This document shows positions 41,171 to 56,000 of a DNA stretch of 64,000 bases, in pieces (positions within the stretch are counted from its first letter, which is position 1; each line of letters opens with the position of its first letter). Made by a program: the position numbers and the translations under genes. The notes under the pieces are model-generated. The model saw nothing but the letters and a program-made list of their open reading frames with translations, did not search any database and was not told the origin of the DNA. Origin of the DNA: the human T2T-CHM13v2.0 reference genome, Homo sapiens. The stretch lies in NCBI RefSeq assembly GCF_009914755.1, contig NC_060928.1, one strand, 5' to 3'.

Positions 41171-41734
41171 GATTGTCATAATTCCTTAATTTTTACTTGT
41201 CCTTGAAGCTTGCTTGTTTATTGGGCTGGGATTTCTCCCAACTGTAAAATCTGTTTATTATTATGGTAATGATTATCATATCTGCTAGCTGATATTGCCT
41301 TTAATATTTAAGTAGGAGGAGACTCACAGATAATATAATCGCTGCATGAAGTAGCGATTATATTATCTTATAAAATCTTATTATAAAATATTATAAAATC
41401 GTATAAAATCATATTAAGTGAAAGATATAAAACTCAATTACTCTCTTCCAATTAAAGTTATGAACTACAAAATAACTCACAATAGCAGAAAACCTGTGGT
41501 GATAAGGGTTATAGAAGATTGTCAGTTTATCCTTTAAAGTACACTACTTGTTTTATTAATGGTAAGTGTTTTTTCTATTCATGTACTTTATGAAGGTAGG
41601 TTCCATATCTGTTATCCTCAGCAATAGTGCTCTGACTTTTATTAAGAAGTTTCTCAGTAAATGTTTGAGAATATGTGAATTAAAAAGGATAAAATGCAAG
41701 ATTTAGTTTTCTAATTCAAATATTCCATTTATAG

Positions 41735-42065
41735 CAGCAGTTCCCAACCTTTTTGGCACCAGACGCCTGTTTTGTGGAAGACAATTTTTCCACGTATGTG
41801 AGATTGGGGGATGGTTTTGGGATGAAACTGTTCCACCTCACATCATCCGGCATTAGATTCTCATAAGAAGCGCACAATCTAGATCCCTCACATGCGCCGT
41901 TCACAATAGGTTTGGACTCCAGTGAGAATTTAATGCCAAAGCTGATCTGACAGGAGGCGGAGCAGTAGTGCTAACTTGCCCGCTGCTCACCTCCTAGTGC
42001 ACGGCCTAGTTTCTAACAGGCCACAGACTGGTACTGGTCCACAGACCGGAGATCAGGGACCCCTG
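41735..42065. mobile_element. MER1B-like hAT-Charlie DNA transposon
   Basis: TIRs cagcagttcccaacc / gatcagggacccctg; perfect 8-bp TSD ATTTATAG at 41727-34 and 42066-73. Confidence 0.93.
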
Positions 42066-42888
42066 ATTTATAGCTTTATTTATGCTACTTGCATATCAGC
42101 CCTGTGAAGCTTGTTGCATTCTGACATCCTTATAATATAGGATTTTTCACCAGTCATACACTTGAATGGATTTATACTTATTTTTTTTTCTATTTTGATC
42201 TTCATTTTTTTTCTTTTTATTTATTTATTTATTTATTTATTATTATTATTATACTTTAAGTTTTAGGGTACATGTGAACAATGTGCAGGTTAGTTACATA
42301 TGTATACATGTGCCATGCTGGTGCGCTGCACCCACTAACTCGTCATCTAGCATTAGGTATATCTCCCAGTGCTATCCCTCCCCCCTCCCCCCACCCCACA
42401 ACAGTCCCCAGAGTGTGATGTTCCCCTTCCTGTGTCCATGTGATCTCATTGTTCAATTCCCACCTATGAGTGAGAATATGCGGTGTTTGGTTTTTTTGTT
42501 CTTGCAATAGTTTACTGAGAATGATGATTTCCAATTTCATCCATGTCCCTACAAAGGACATGAACTCATCATTTTTTATGGCTGCATAGTATTCCATGGT
42601 GTATATGTGCCACATTTTCTTAATCCAGTCCATCATTGTTGGACATTTGGGTTGGTGCCAAGTCTTTGCTATTGTGAATAATGCCGCAATAAACATACAT
42701 GTGCGTGTGTCTTTATAGCAGCATGATTTATAGTCCTTTGGGTATATACCCAGTAATGGGATGGCTGGGTCAAATGGTACTTCTAGTTCTAGATCCCTGA
42801 GGAATCACCACACTGACTTCCACAATGGTTGAACTAGTTTACAGTCCCACCAACAGTGTAAAAATGTTCCTATTTCTCCACATCCTCT

Positions 42889-46038
<3,150 letters not shown>

Positions 46039-46256
46039 TGAAAAAAGGAAAGGAAAGGAAATAAAGAAAAGAATAACTCAAAACTTATCCCTCTACTTGT
46101 TTGCCTTGATTATCAGTGTTTATTCCACAAAAAGTATTTCTTTAGGTATCATTCAGAATAGCTAAAATAAAAAATGATGACAACACTAAATGCTATTGAG
46201 GTTGCAGAGAAACTGGATCCCTTATACATTATTGCTCTGAATGTAAAATGTTACAG

Positions 46257-46487
46257 CGAGCTTGTCCAACCCATGATCCCCAGGCCACATGCAGCCCAGG
46301 ACATCTTGGTATGTGGCCCAGCACAAATTTGTAAACTTTCTTAAAACGTTATGAGATTTTTTTTGCAGTTTTTTGATTTGTTGTTGTTTTGTTCACCAGT
46401 TTTCGTCAGTGTTAGTGTATTATGTGTGACCCAAGATAATTCTTCTTCTAGTGTGGCCCAGAGAAGGCAAAAGATTGGATACCTCTG
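46257..46487 (-). mobile_element. MER30-like hAT DNA transposon
   Basis: Ends 'cgagcttgtccaaccc' and 'aagattggatacctctg'; both flanks begin tgtta (degenerate TSD). Confidence 0.85.
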
Positions 46488-46848
46488 TGTTAGTTAGAGC
46501 CATTCTGGAAAAACAGTTAGGGAGTTTCTTTTAAAACTGAACATCAACTATCATATGATGCAGCAATTGCACTCTTGGGCATTCATACCAATAGAATAGA
46601 CATGTATAATCACACGAGAACCTATATATATATGTTCATAGTAGTTTTATTTGTACTAGCCAAAAGCCTGAAGCAAGCAGATGTTTCTCAATAGGTGAAT
46701 GGTTAAACAAATTGTGGTACATCCATACCATGGAATGTTACTCATTAGTAAAAGGAATAAAGAAGTAAAGCACATAACAAATCAAATGAATCCCTGGGGA
46801 ATATCTTATGAATTGTTTGAGTAAAAATGTCAGTTTTTAAATTTCATT

Positions 46849-46850
46849 TG

Positions 46851-46883
<33 letters not shown>

Positions 46884-46891
46884 CACACACC
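46849..46891. repeat. (TG)n(TA)n(CA)n compound microsatellite
   Basis: Directly visible; partly self-complementary. Confidence 0.9.
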
Positions 46892-47248
46892 ATAAGAGGG
46901 ATCTTATGGTGATGGAACTGTTCTGTATCTTGAATGTATCACTGTCAGTATTCCATGTTTAACATTGTGCTATAGTTTTGAAAGATGTTATCATTGGAGG
47001 AAACTGGGTAAACAATACACTGGACCTCTCTATTATTTCTCACAACTACATGTGAAGCTACAATATCTCAATGTAAATGTTACTTTTTCTAAAGTGTTTC
47101 CAAGACATTTTTGGATTTTATAAACCAATAAAGTAGCAATCATCACCACCAGAACAGCAATGTAATTAACAGTGTGGATTCGTATAGGAATGGTAGATTT
47201 TCTCTTAGCCTGAAGACATATTTTAAAAAGCAACAATAAATGCCATTT

Positions 47249-47434
47249 TCTCTCACTATCATTATGTATGAAGTAGAGTATTTAAAAATCAAGTCAAAGC
47301 ATAATTCTGATTTAAAAAAAATGAATTGAACTTTATGAGTCTCTCACTATACTCTTGGTTAGCCCAATACTAATCTGCATATAAGCATTAAAGTACTACT
47401 ATTTTGGATATTATATTACCTATAAATTCCAATA
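47249..47434 (+). repeat. Dispersed direct repeat, copy 2 (~186 bp)
   Basis: Homologous to 40091-40275. Confidence 0.9.
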
Positions 47435-47589
47435 TCAAAAAAGCAATTTGCCTAAGTCTAAAGATATTATGAGTATGTAGGTACCAAAATGAGCTCAGTG
47501 ACTGTCTCCTAAAGTTTCTTCCATCCCTCCTTCACCTTTACCCTCTCCCACTCCCCCTCTTTCTTCCTCCTGTTCTTCTTCTCCTTCAA

Positions 47590-47975
47590 TAAGAAGGTTC
47601 TTGAATTGTGCAAAGGCCCCCTACACAGATAGATGTCATGTAACTAAACTCTGAACAATAGGGTGAAATTGGAATTGGCATATGCAACATTGGAAAATAT
47701 TCTTAAAGAGAAAGGGTACAACCTTACATTGCCCTGTCTTCTTTCCTGCTGACTGGAGTGCATCATGATTGGAGCTGGAAAACCCATACTGGAGCATGAA
47801 ATAGAAGCCACATGTTTCGTATGATGGATTTTTAAAAGAAAGTAAGTTTAGGTCCATGATGATCTCAGAGTAGCCATTCCAGCCCTGAACTTCCTGCATT
47901 CACGTGAGATAGAAATAAACATATATTTAAGATTCTGCCTTTACTTACACATGCATCTAAAGCAAACCAAACAAG
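47590..47975 (+). mobile_element. MLT1J-like MaLR LTR
   Basis: 'ttcctgctgactggagtgc...attggagctgga...ccagccctgaacttcctg...gtgagatagaaataaac'. Confidence 0.7.
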
Positions 47976-48826
47976 CACACTATGGTGCAAATGCTTCATG
48001 GTGAGTTTAATCAACCTTTGTTGAGCATTTCAAACAATGACTTGGTGACCTGTCCCAAGTCTCCTCTGCTTCTCCCAGCAACTGCTCCCTTGAAACTCCC
48101 ATAGCACAGCTTTGAAGGTACCTTCTGTGTTTTGTCATGTATTATACTTATTTGTGTGTATGTCTCGGTCTTATTATACAAACTTGAGCTCTTATTGTCT
48201 CATTTATTTTTATGCCTTTTATGTCTAAATGATTTACTAAGTATAAAACTGGAGAAACATATTAAGTGATATGTAATAACACATATCTAACACTCTTCCT
48301 GCTATTCATATTGCTTTTCATTTGCCTTCATGATGGTAAAAAACCCTCAGTAATTGATACATTTTGAGTATAAACATAGATTATAGCCATCTTATGATAA
48401 TACTTTTATAAGCACAATGTACATAAGAAAATGTTTAATAAGTGCACATCATCGACAGGTAGGCCAGGGACTCACAGACATGTGAGGCATAAGCAGTCCT
48501 AGGGGAAGCAACCACATGGGCCCTTTGGCAAGGCTTACATGAAGCTGTTTGGTACAAGAAATAGGATTTGAGGTCAAAGAAAAGAAAAATTGTCTGCATA
48601 GCTATTTTGAAGGGAGAAGACATTTGGAGGAGTCCTTCAAGAATAGAATTCTTAAGAATTTTGTGTATCTACTTAACAAACAATAATTCCATTAGGATGG
48701 CCTTAGAGACCAATTTTTAAAGTCATTAATGTGTTTGAAAGTGGACAAGAAAGTGGTGTTTGTAAATGGCAAAAGGTATTTATTCTTTTCAGACATGAGT
48801 GACTGTAGGAGACTCTGTGACCCTGC

Positions 48827-48922
48827 TATTAGGTTTGTGCAAAAGTAATTGCTTTTGCACAAACCTAATAAAATTACTTAATTGTGCTTAATACAATACA
48901 GTTATTTTGCACCAACCTAATA
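48827..48922. mobile_element. MADE1 (Hsmar1-derived MITE), rearranged, with three TIRs
   Basis: 'ttaggtttgtgcaaaagtaattgc' left TIR; right-type TIRs at 48852-70 and 48905-22; TA flanks. Confidence 0.9.
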
Positions 48923-49659
48923 AAATGAATAAGGATGTATTACTGGTCCCAGTAAAGCTGGCAGAATGGGCTTTGTGAATGGCAGCACTGTGGTCCTGGG
49001 TGGAAGGAGTTAATTTGACCTGTGGCTTGCATCCCTCATTCTGTATAATCCCCAAATTGTGCTGTAGATATACCCTGGGAAGCTAACTGTAAAAAGCTAG
49101 GAAAGAATGTTCAGGTGTGGGTGATGAGGCTCAGTGAGGGGCTGTGAGCTGCGTCCTTGGTACAAAGAGTTCAGTCTAGGCAAAGATTCTGAGAGTTGGC
49201 CTCGCAAACGTGCAGCACAGCAGACAGCTGCATCCCCAAGGGTCACCTGGGCCTTAAGAGAAGTAGAAGTTAGTAAGAAAAGCAGAAAAAAAAATTGGGG
49301 GAGAGGGCGGCTAAAGCAGATAATTTTTATGTGGTTGTAGAGAAAATAAGAAAATGGTAGCAGCAGCAGAAGAAAATGTTAGAAAACAAGAAAACAGCTG
49401 TCTGATGGTGGCAGGTGTGCTCTGAAGGAAAACATTCTGCTTAGTAGTTTCAGGGAGAAAAATAAGGAAAAATTAGGATACTGTAAGGAAAATGAGAATG
49501 GTTTGAAACAACCAGCAAACAACAAGGACCATTATAAAAGACATTCAAGAAGTCCTAAAATAGGTAATTATGAGTATAGAGCAAAAGTTGAGACCATAAA
49601 AATCCAGATGAATATTTAAAAAAGAAAAGAGAAAGCTTAAAGAAAAAAAGTGTTATGAT

Positions 49660-49870
49660 AATAAGAGCTAACCTTTGCATAGTACTTACTCTGTGCCATG
49701 CACTGTTTTGAGTAATTTACAGATATTAATATATTTATTTCTACAATAATGCTAGAAAGCAGGTACTTTCCTGATTTTATACACAGAAAAAGTGAGGAAC
49801 AGCAAAGTTGCAAATAAGAGCTGGATTTCCACACCAGGTGCTCTGGCTCAGAGGTCACATTCTTAACTAT
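49660..49870 (-). mobile_element. MIR
   Basis: 'agtacttactctgtgccatgcactgttttgag...attttatacacagaaaaagtgagg...ctctggctcagag'. Confidence 0.75.
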
Positions 49871-49959
49871 TAAGAATACTAATTCTAACCTTAATGAAAT
49901 AACATTTCACAACTTTTTGGATGATTCTTAATAATAATAAAAAACAGAAAATAAGAAGT

Positions 49960-50320
49960 TACTATGCTTTGAATGTTTGTATCCTTCCAACATTTATATG
50001 TTGAAATTTTAACCCCAAAGGTGATGGTATTTGGAAGTGGGGCCCTTGGAAGGTGATTAGGTCATGAGGGCAGAACCCTCATGAATGGCATTAGTTCCCT
50101 GATGAAAGAGTTCCCAGAGGGATCCCTTGTCCCTTCTGCCATGTGAGGTTACAGTGAAAAGATGGGTGTCTAGGAAATGGGCTTTCACTAGGTACCACAT
50201 CTGCTGACCCCTTTGATCTTAGACTTCCTAGCCTCCAGAACCATAAGAAATACATTTCTGTTATTTAAAAGCCACCCAATCTAGGGTATTTTGTTATAGT
50301 TGCCTGAATGGACTGAGACA
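49960..50320 (+). mobile_element. MLT1A0-like MaLR solo LTR
   Basis: 'ggtgattaggtcatgagggcagaaccctcatgaatgg' ... 'ggactgagaca'; TSD gaagt/caagt. Confidence 0.9.
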
Positions 50321-50580
50321 CAAGTTGAGACTCTTGCACATTGCTGGTATGAATGTAAAATGGTACAGACCTATGAAAAACAGTATTATGCTTCCTCAAG
50401 ACATTAAATGTAGAATTACCGTATGGTTTAAAAATTCTTCTTCTGAGTCTATACCCAAAATAATTGAAACATTATATTTTCAGATATTTGTACACTCATT
50501 TTTATAAAATTATTTATAATAGCCAAAAGGTTGAAGCAATAGAAGTGCCCATAGACTGAAGAATGGATAAGCAAGATGTA

Positions 50581-50667
50581 GTGTATACACACACACACAC
50601 ACGCGTGCGCACACACATGCACATGCACACACACGCACACACACATGCGCAGACACACACACACACC
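50581..50667. repeat. Alternating purine-pyrimidine (CA/CG/TG) tract
   Basis: About 85 bp, nearly uninterrupted. Confidence 0.9.
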
Positions 50668-51336
50668 ACATAATAGTCATGGAATACTATTTGGCCTTAA
50701 AAAGGAAAGAAATTCTGACACATGCTACAACATGGATAAACCTTGAAGATATTATGCTAAGAGAGATAAGCCAGTCAAAAAAGGACAAATATCGTGTAAT
50801 TCCACTTATTTGCAGTACTAGAGTAGTCAGATTCATAGAGAAGGAAAGCGGAATGGTGGTTGTCAGGGACTGAAGAGAGAGGGGAATATAGAGTTAGTGT
50901 TTAGTGGGTACAGAGTTTCAGTTGAGAAAGACAAAAAATGTGTGGAGTTAGATAGTGATGATACTTTTATCATACGATAATGCGAACGTACTTAATGGCG
51001 TACAATTGTATACTTAAAAATGGCTAAAATAGCAAAATTTATGTTGTATATATTTAACCACAATTTTTTAATAAAAGAATACTGCCCTGCTGAATTTAAT
51101 TGGGTGCTATGAGAATTTAAAGGTTAAAAGACACAAATAGTGACTGAGAAAAACAGTCAAAAACAGAAGGAATGAAAATGTAGGTTATCTATATTTATGG
51201 GGATAGCATATATGTTTCCAATTTCACTTTTATTCTGTTACAAAGTTAAGTAGAATAGTAAATATTAAACAAACAATTTTAGAGTAAATCGCAGAAATAG
51301 AATAAATTTTTGTCAAAACTTATAAATGAGGGTGCA

Positions 51337-51720
51337 TGTTGTGGTTTGAATGTATTCCGCCAAAGTTCATGTGTTGGAGACTTAATTTCCAATGCAGCAG
51401 TGTTGAGACATAGAAGCTTTAAGATGCCCTTAGGTCATGGGGGTGCTGCCCTCATGAATGGATTAATGTCATTATCACAGGAGTGGGTTAGTTATGGAGG
51501 GAGTGCACTCCTGATAAAGGATGAGTTCAGCCCCCTTCTGTCTCTCTGCATGCTCTCTTGCCCTTCTACCTTCTACCATGGAATGATGCAGCAAGAAGGC
51601 CCTCACCAGGTGTATGCCCCTTAACCTTGGACTTCCCAGACTCCAGATCTGTAAGAAATGTCTCTTTTCTTTATAAATTACCCAGTTGCTGATATTCCAT
51701 CCACAAAATGGACTAAGACA
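51337..51720 (+). mobile_element. MST-family (MSTC/D-like) MaLR solo LTR
   Basis: TG...CA termini 'tgttgtggtttgaatgt'/'ggactaagaca'; perfect 5-bp TSD GTGCA at 51332-36 and 51721-25. Confidence 0.92.
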
Positions 51721-53224
51721 GTGCAATTACTATAAACTGCTCTAAGAGAAACACCCTGAAATAGATGCCTTTAAGTAAATATTGCGGGTATTTTCTATGC
51801 CTCAGTCACCCTGTGCTATCTCATTAGGTATTACTGACCCCTCAGTACTAATGATACCTCATTTTCAGTAATTCTTTAATCACCATACAGGACATTATCC
51901 AAATTTGAATTTCATTATTTTTTGTCAACATATTTAGGGTAGAATATGCCATAAAGCACCTGAAACCAATACTTATATATAGTTTTTATCCCCAAAATTG
52001 AATATATAACATATGTCAGAAAAAAACAGGATAAAATGTCCTAACATGCCTATTATACTTTGCTGTCTCCTTGTCCTTAAAAGTAAAAATCTGGAACATC
52101 TCCAGTGACTTTTGGCACATTGTTTTATATGTTACTTTTATTTTAGTTTATGTATGCAAGAAAATATAATGGTGTAAAAACATAATTTTTTGGATAAGAT
52201 CTCAACTGTTTTATATTCAACTTCAGAAATATATTAATTTTCTGCTTTGAAGATATTTCCTTAAAAGTTTAGAAAAATGTTTAATATAGTTATCTCTTAA
52301 TAGGAAGAAAATTTAAACAGTAAATTTTACTTAAATATTTTCATTTATTTTCTCATTTTTAATCTCAGCAAACACATACATGGTGAAAAGAAAATTTTAT
52401 TGAAGACAAAATTAACTTGTAAATTGAGATATTTTCCAAGTGTGAATCACCTACTTTATCTAATATTAAAGTTTTGGTGCAATAATCTAACCACCTTCAA
52501 ATTGCTGAACTCTTATTTTTATTATGATACTTGATATTGTCACAGCAAGTATACTGACTTTAGAGTATTAAATATTTTGCCTTGTAAAAATATTGTTTTA
52601 TAGGAATATCCAGAAAGCTATAAAAGGCACTTAAAATAGAAACAGTTGATAACCATTGCAAGCTCAATTTAGAGCTTTCACTCTCTTACTCTACAGTGTA
52701 ATAGACTTAAATCACTTCCCATACAGAAATTCACATTTGACAGTCAGTGAGCTATGAAGTTTCCCCACATATCACAATTACCGCAACACCTGGACTAAAT
52801 TTCTTTGTGATGATGCACTATGATCGTACTGTAAAGTGTTAAACAGCTTTCAGAATCTCTCATTCCTTACTTTAAAAAAAATGAGAATTCCACTGGAGTT
52901 GTATTGCACTGTATTTCAGAAACTTTTCTAACTTTGATTTAATATCAACTGACTTAGGTTTATTACTCATAGAAAGACCCATCTACACATTTGCGTTTAT
53001 AAATAGATATTTTTTTCTGATTTTCTGCTTTTATCTAGGGTATTGGATATATATCTAAAAACATACATGGATTTAGATTTGCTTTATATAATTGTAACAG
53101 AAGAGATCTCTGGGCATTTTCATTTTTGCCCTAAAGTAGTTTGAAACAACTATAATGACACAGAAAGAAAGTGTAAACCTTTGAAATGATGCAATTTATC
53201 TATTCTTGTTAATTAAATGTACAC

Positions 53225-53420
53225 AATAATAATGATTAATATGTGTCAAGTACTTTTCTGAAAAGTCACATTTTTTAATTTATTAATCCATGATAATCCT
53301 GTGAAATAGTTATTAGTATTATCCCCATTCTATGGATGAAGAAACTTATATAACTTGCTCACATCAATTAAGGAGCAAAGCTGGGATTTGAACCTAGAAG
53401 TCTAGCCCCAGAGTTGGTGG
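53225..53420 (-). mobile_element. MIR
   Basis: 'tattatccccattctatggatgaagaaact...gctgggatttgaacctag'. Confidence 0.8.
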
Positions 53421-54059
53421 TGTTACCTGTAATTTGGAAATATTATAAGATGGAAATATTATAAAAGGGTCATTGTGTACTCTTTGTAACATTTTTCTGA
53501 TTAGTATATAAGACACTTTTCTCTAAAGCCTGCTCTTTACAGTCGAGGGCTCTGTGTCTTTCCTAATGAACAAAGCAACAGGTGAGAGGAGATGTGCTAT
53601 TTACTGACTCAGCCTTGCTTTATCAAAGGGATGATAAAATTGAGTGCAGGAAGCGGTCTTCTTCTGAATCACTGAATTTATTGAGAGATAAACAAAAGGG
53701 AAAATAGAAAAACTTCTTTTACCTATACTCGAAGGAAAATAACACTCAGAAACAAAGAGCACAGACAAAACTTGTAATTATAGAGCAAAAGGAAGTCATT
53801 TGTGAATTATTTGGATTAAGCCTCACTGATGTATTGAAATATTGGATAATTCATTGTTTAAAACCCTTAGTCTCCTGTGTTTTACAACTTGAACTCAGAA
53901 GTGTGTTCTTTTCCTTTATAATGGCAATACTGTTTCAAATATATAATTATATGAAATGCTTATCACATGACTTGGGCCCAAAGAAAGAAAGAGAAGGAGA
54001 AAGAGAGGGATGGGGTGGGTAGGAAGGAAGGAATAAAAGAAGAATGTGACTTGCCTAGT

Positions 54060-54430
54060 GACTTTTTGGTCAGACACTTACTAGCTATCTATTGGTTATA
54101 AAAGGCCCTCTTTCTAAGTGTCTAGGCACTTAGGACACAATACTGGTCAAGACAGGTACAGGTTCTGTTTTCATGGATCTCACAGCCTTATTTTAGGCAG
54201 GCACACTTCCTAAAACATAGAATAAATGCTTCTGGATCAGACAAGCATAAAGTAGTGTAGGGAAGAGAAAACAGAAAACATAGGGTAGGTTAAAAAAATA
54301 GACAGATGGGGTGCAGCGAGGGTCTTACCTTAGATTGGGGAAAAGCTAAACCAAGATTTAGTCAGAAAAAGGAAAGCCGAGGGCAAAGAGAACATTCCAG
54401 ACTAATCAATTGGGCTGCAAGGAGAAAGCC
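54060..54430 (-). mobile_element. L2 fragment
   Basis: 'ctaggcacttaggacacaa...ttcatggatctcacagcct', 'agagaacattccagac'. Confidence 0.55.
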
Positions 54431-55090
54431 AAACCTTACTTGTATGTCACAAAATATATAGAGCACACTTATTTTTACTTATTTGTTTTGGTAAAATGTT
54501 AAATAAAAGTAACAGCTACTGTTTTTCTGTGCTTTTATCTTCCATGCAACTTCTGCCATCCACCTTTATTTTCTCCTCATTAGCAAATGTTAAGTGTTTC
54601 TTTTTTCCTTAAATGTGAAGCACAAGTTAAAATAAAAACCATAGATTATGAATGTGTTTTTTACAAAGGAAAATTAGATATTTGCTTTTGCCCAATATCT
54701 TATCATTGTGTTATTCCCTTTCTTCATCCAAATACAAACTCACAAAGGGCATTTGAAAAGAGTGGCTTGTGAATAAGGCAAACAGCAGTTCTGCTAAATC
54801 CCAGTCTTACCAAGTGATCTGCTTTGGTACTCTAGGCTCCTACACATTTTTCTGACAGCTCCCACTTCAGTGTCCACCACCACCCTCTGAACTTCCCAGA
54901 CATGGCTTTCCTGGTTGTGACTATCAACCAGCACATTTCTGCAACGTAAAAACACTCGGGCTTTCTAATGCTTGAACAAGCAGCTGTTTCAAGACCCTTG
55001 TATGACACATTTTTGCAATATTAGCAAGTTTAAGGGATTTGACTACTTTCCTTATTAGTGGCTGCCACTACTGACTTTGGCTTTTGGGAC

Positions 55091-55699
55091 TGTAAGGGAA
55101 GAAAAACCATTATTTTTCCTCTACCTATTTTAGGTTCTTTCACTGAGACCCCACAAATTAGACTGAAAAAAGACAGATTAACAAGAAAAAATCAATCCAA
55201 AGTTTATTACTGCATGCATTGCACGTATACACAGAAGTACTCGTATACACAGAAGTACTCGTATACACAGAAGAACGCGTAACTAAAGAGTTACCCCTTT
55301 TAGTAACTCAAAGTAGTGGTTAGAACTTGGGGTTGAATGGCATTTTAGCAAATAAAGGTCTGTAAAGAAGTAACAAGACAATGGAAAAGGATTGGAATTC
55401 TAGGGGCTGCAAATTGTGGAAAGATAAATATGTGGGGGAACTAATAGAAGATAAGGGTTGGGTTTAGCAAGGTTTGTTAAGCAGTTTCTTCTGGTGCCAT
55501 CTCTGGGTTGATAAGCATCTACAGTTGTTGACTCTGGTGCTTAGGAATTATCCTGCCCTTCTTGGTAGAGAGGAGAACAGATCTTCTCTACAAGAATAAT
55601 TTTTCTTGTGCCTGCTTTTATTTTTTAATTGCTGCCAGCTCAAAATAATCATTATGCCAGGTTGGCATATTCTGGGATGGCATACACTGAATACCTTCA
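55091..55699 (-). mobile_element. MER34-family (ERV1) solo LTR
   Basis: Reverse complement begins 'tgaaggtattcagtgtatgccatcccagaatatgccaacctggcataatgattattttgagctgg'; TG...CA termini. Confidence 0.82.
55224..55281. repeat. 18-bp tandem repeat x3 (CGTATACACAGAAGTACT)
   Basis: Two identical copies plus a third with 2 mismatches. Confidence 0.95.
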
Positions 55700-55859
55700 A
55701 GATTTTATTTTCCCAGATTAGACTGTGGAATGGAATGCTAATTTCTCAGATCAACGATCCTCACCTCATCCTTGTTGACTCTGAAAACGATCACACAGAC
55801 CCTGTCATGTATCCTTGTTTCTTTCTCTCATCACTTACCATAATCTTTGTGTATTTTTG

Positions 55860-56000
55860 AAAACTGTGTTTGCCTGTTTGTTTTCTGTTTTGCTCACTAT
55901 AATGCACATTTGATAGATCAGGAATCTGATCTGCCTTGTTTACCTCTGAATCTCCAGAGTCCATAATAGATGGTACTCAAATTTTTGATAAATTAATGTA
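55860..56000 (+). mobile_element. L2 3' terminal fragment
   Basis: 'tctgccttgtttacctctgaatctccagagt...ggtactcaaatttttg'. Confidence 0.55.

Larger units (their letters stand above)
46140..47095 (+). mobile_element. Old L1MC/MD-type 3' fragment interrupted by MER30
   Basis: 'cagcaattgcactcttgggcatt', 'ttgtggtacatccataccatggaat', 'gatgttatcattggaggaaactgggtaa'. Confidence 0.8.
49925..51078 (+). mobile_element. L1MB-type 3' end interrupted by MLT1A0
   Basis: ORF 50679-50873 'MEYYLALKRKEILTHATTWINLEDIMLREISQ'; L1MB 3'UTR 'gggtacagagtttcagtt'. Confidence 0.85.

Noticed and set aside
42375-42400. G-quadruplex motif on the - strand
   Set aside because: Standard feature of L1PA 3'UTRs, not locus-specific
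53435-53464. Short tandem duplication tggaaatattataa x2 (a similar one lies at ~23242-23280)
   Set aside because: Common slippage-type micro-duplication with no further structure
55224-55281. CRISPR-like repeat array
   Set aside because: Head-to-tail units with no spacers, in a primate LTR
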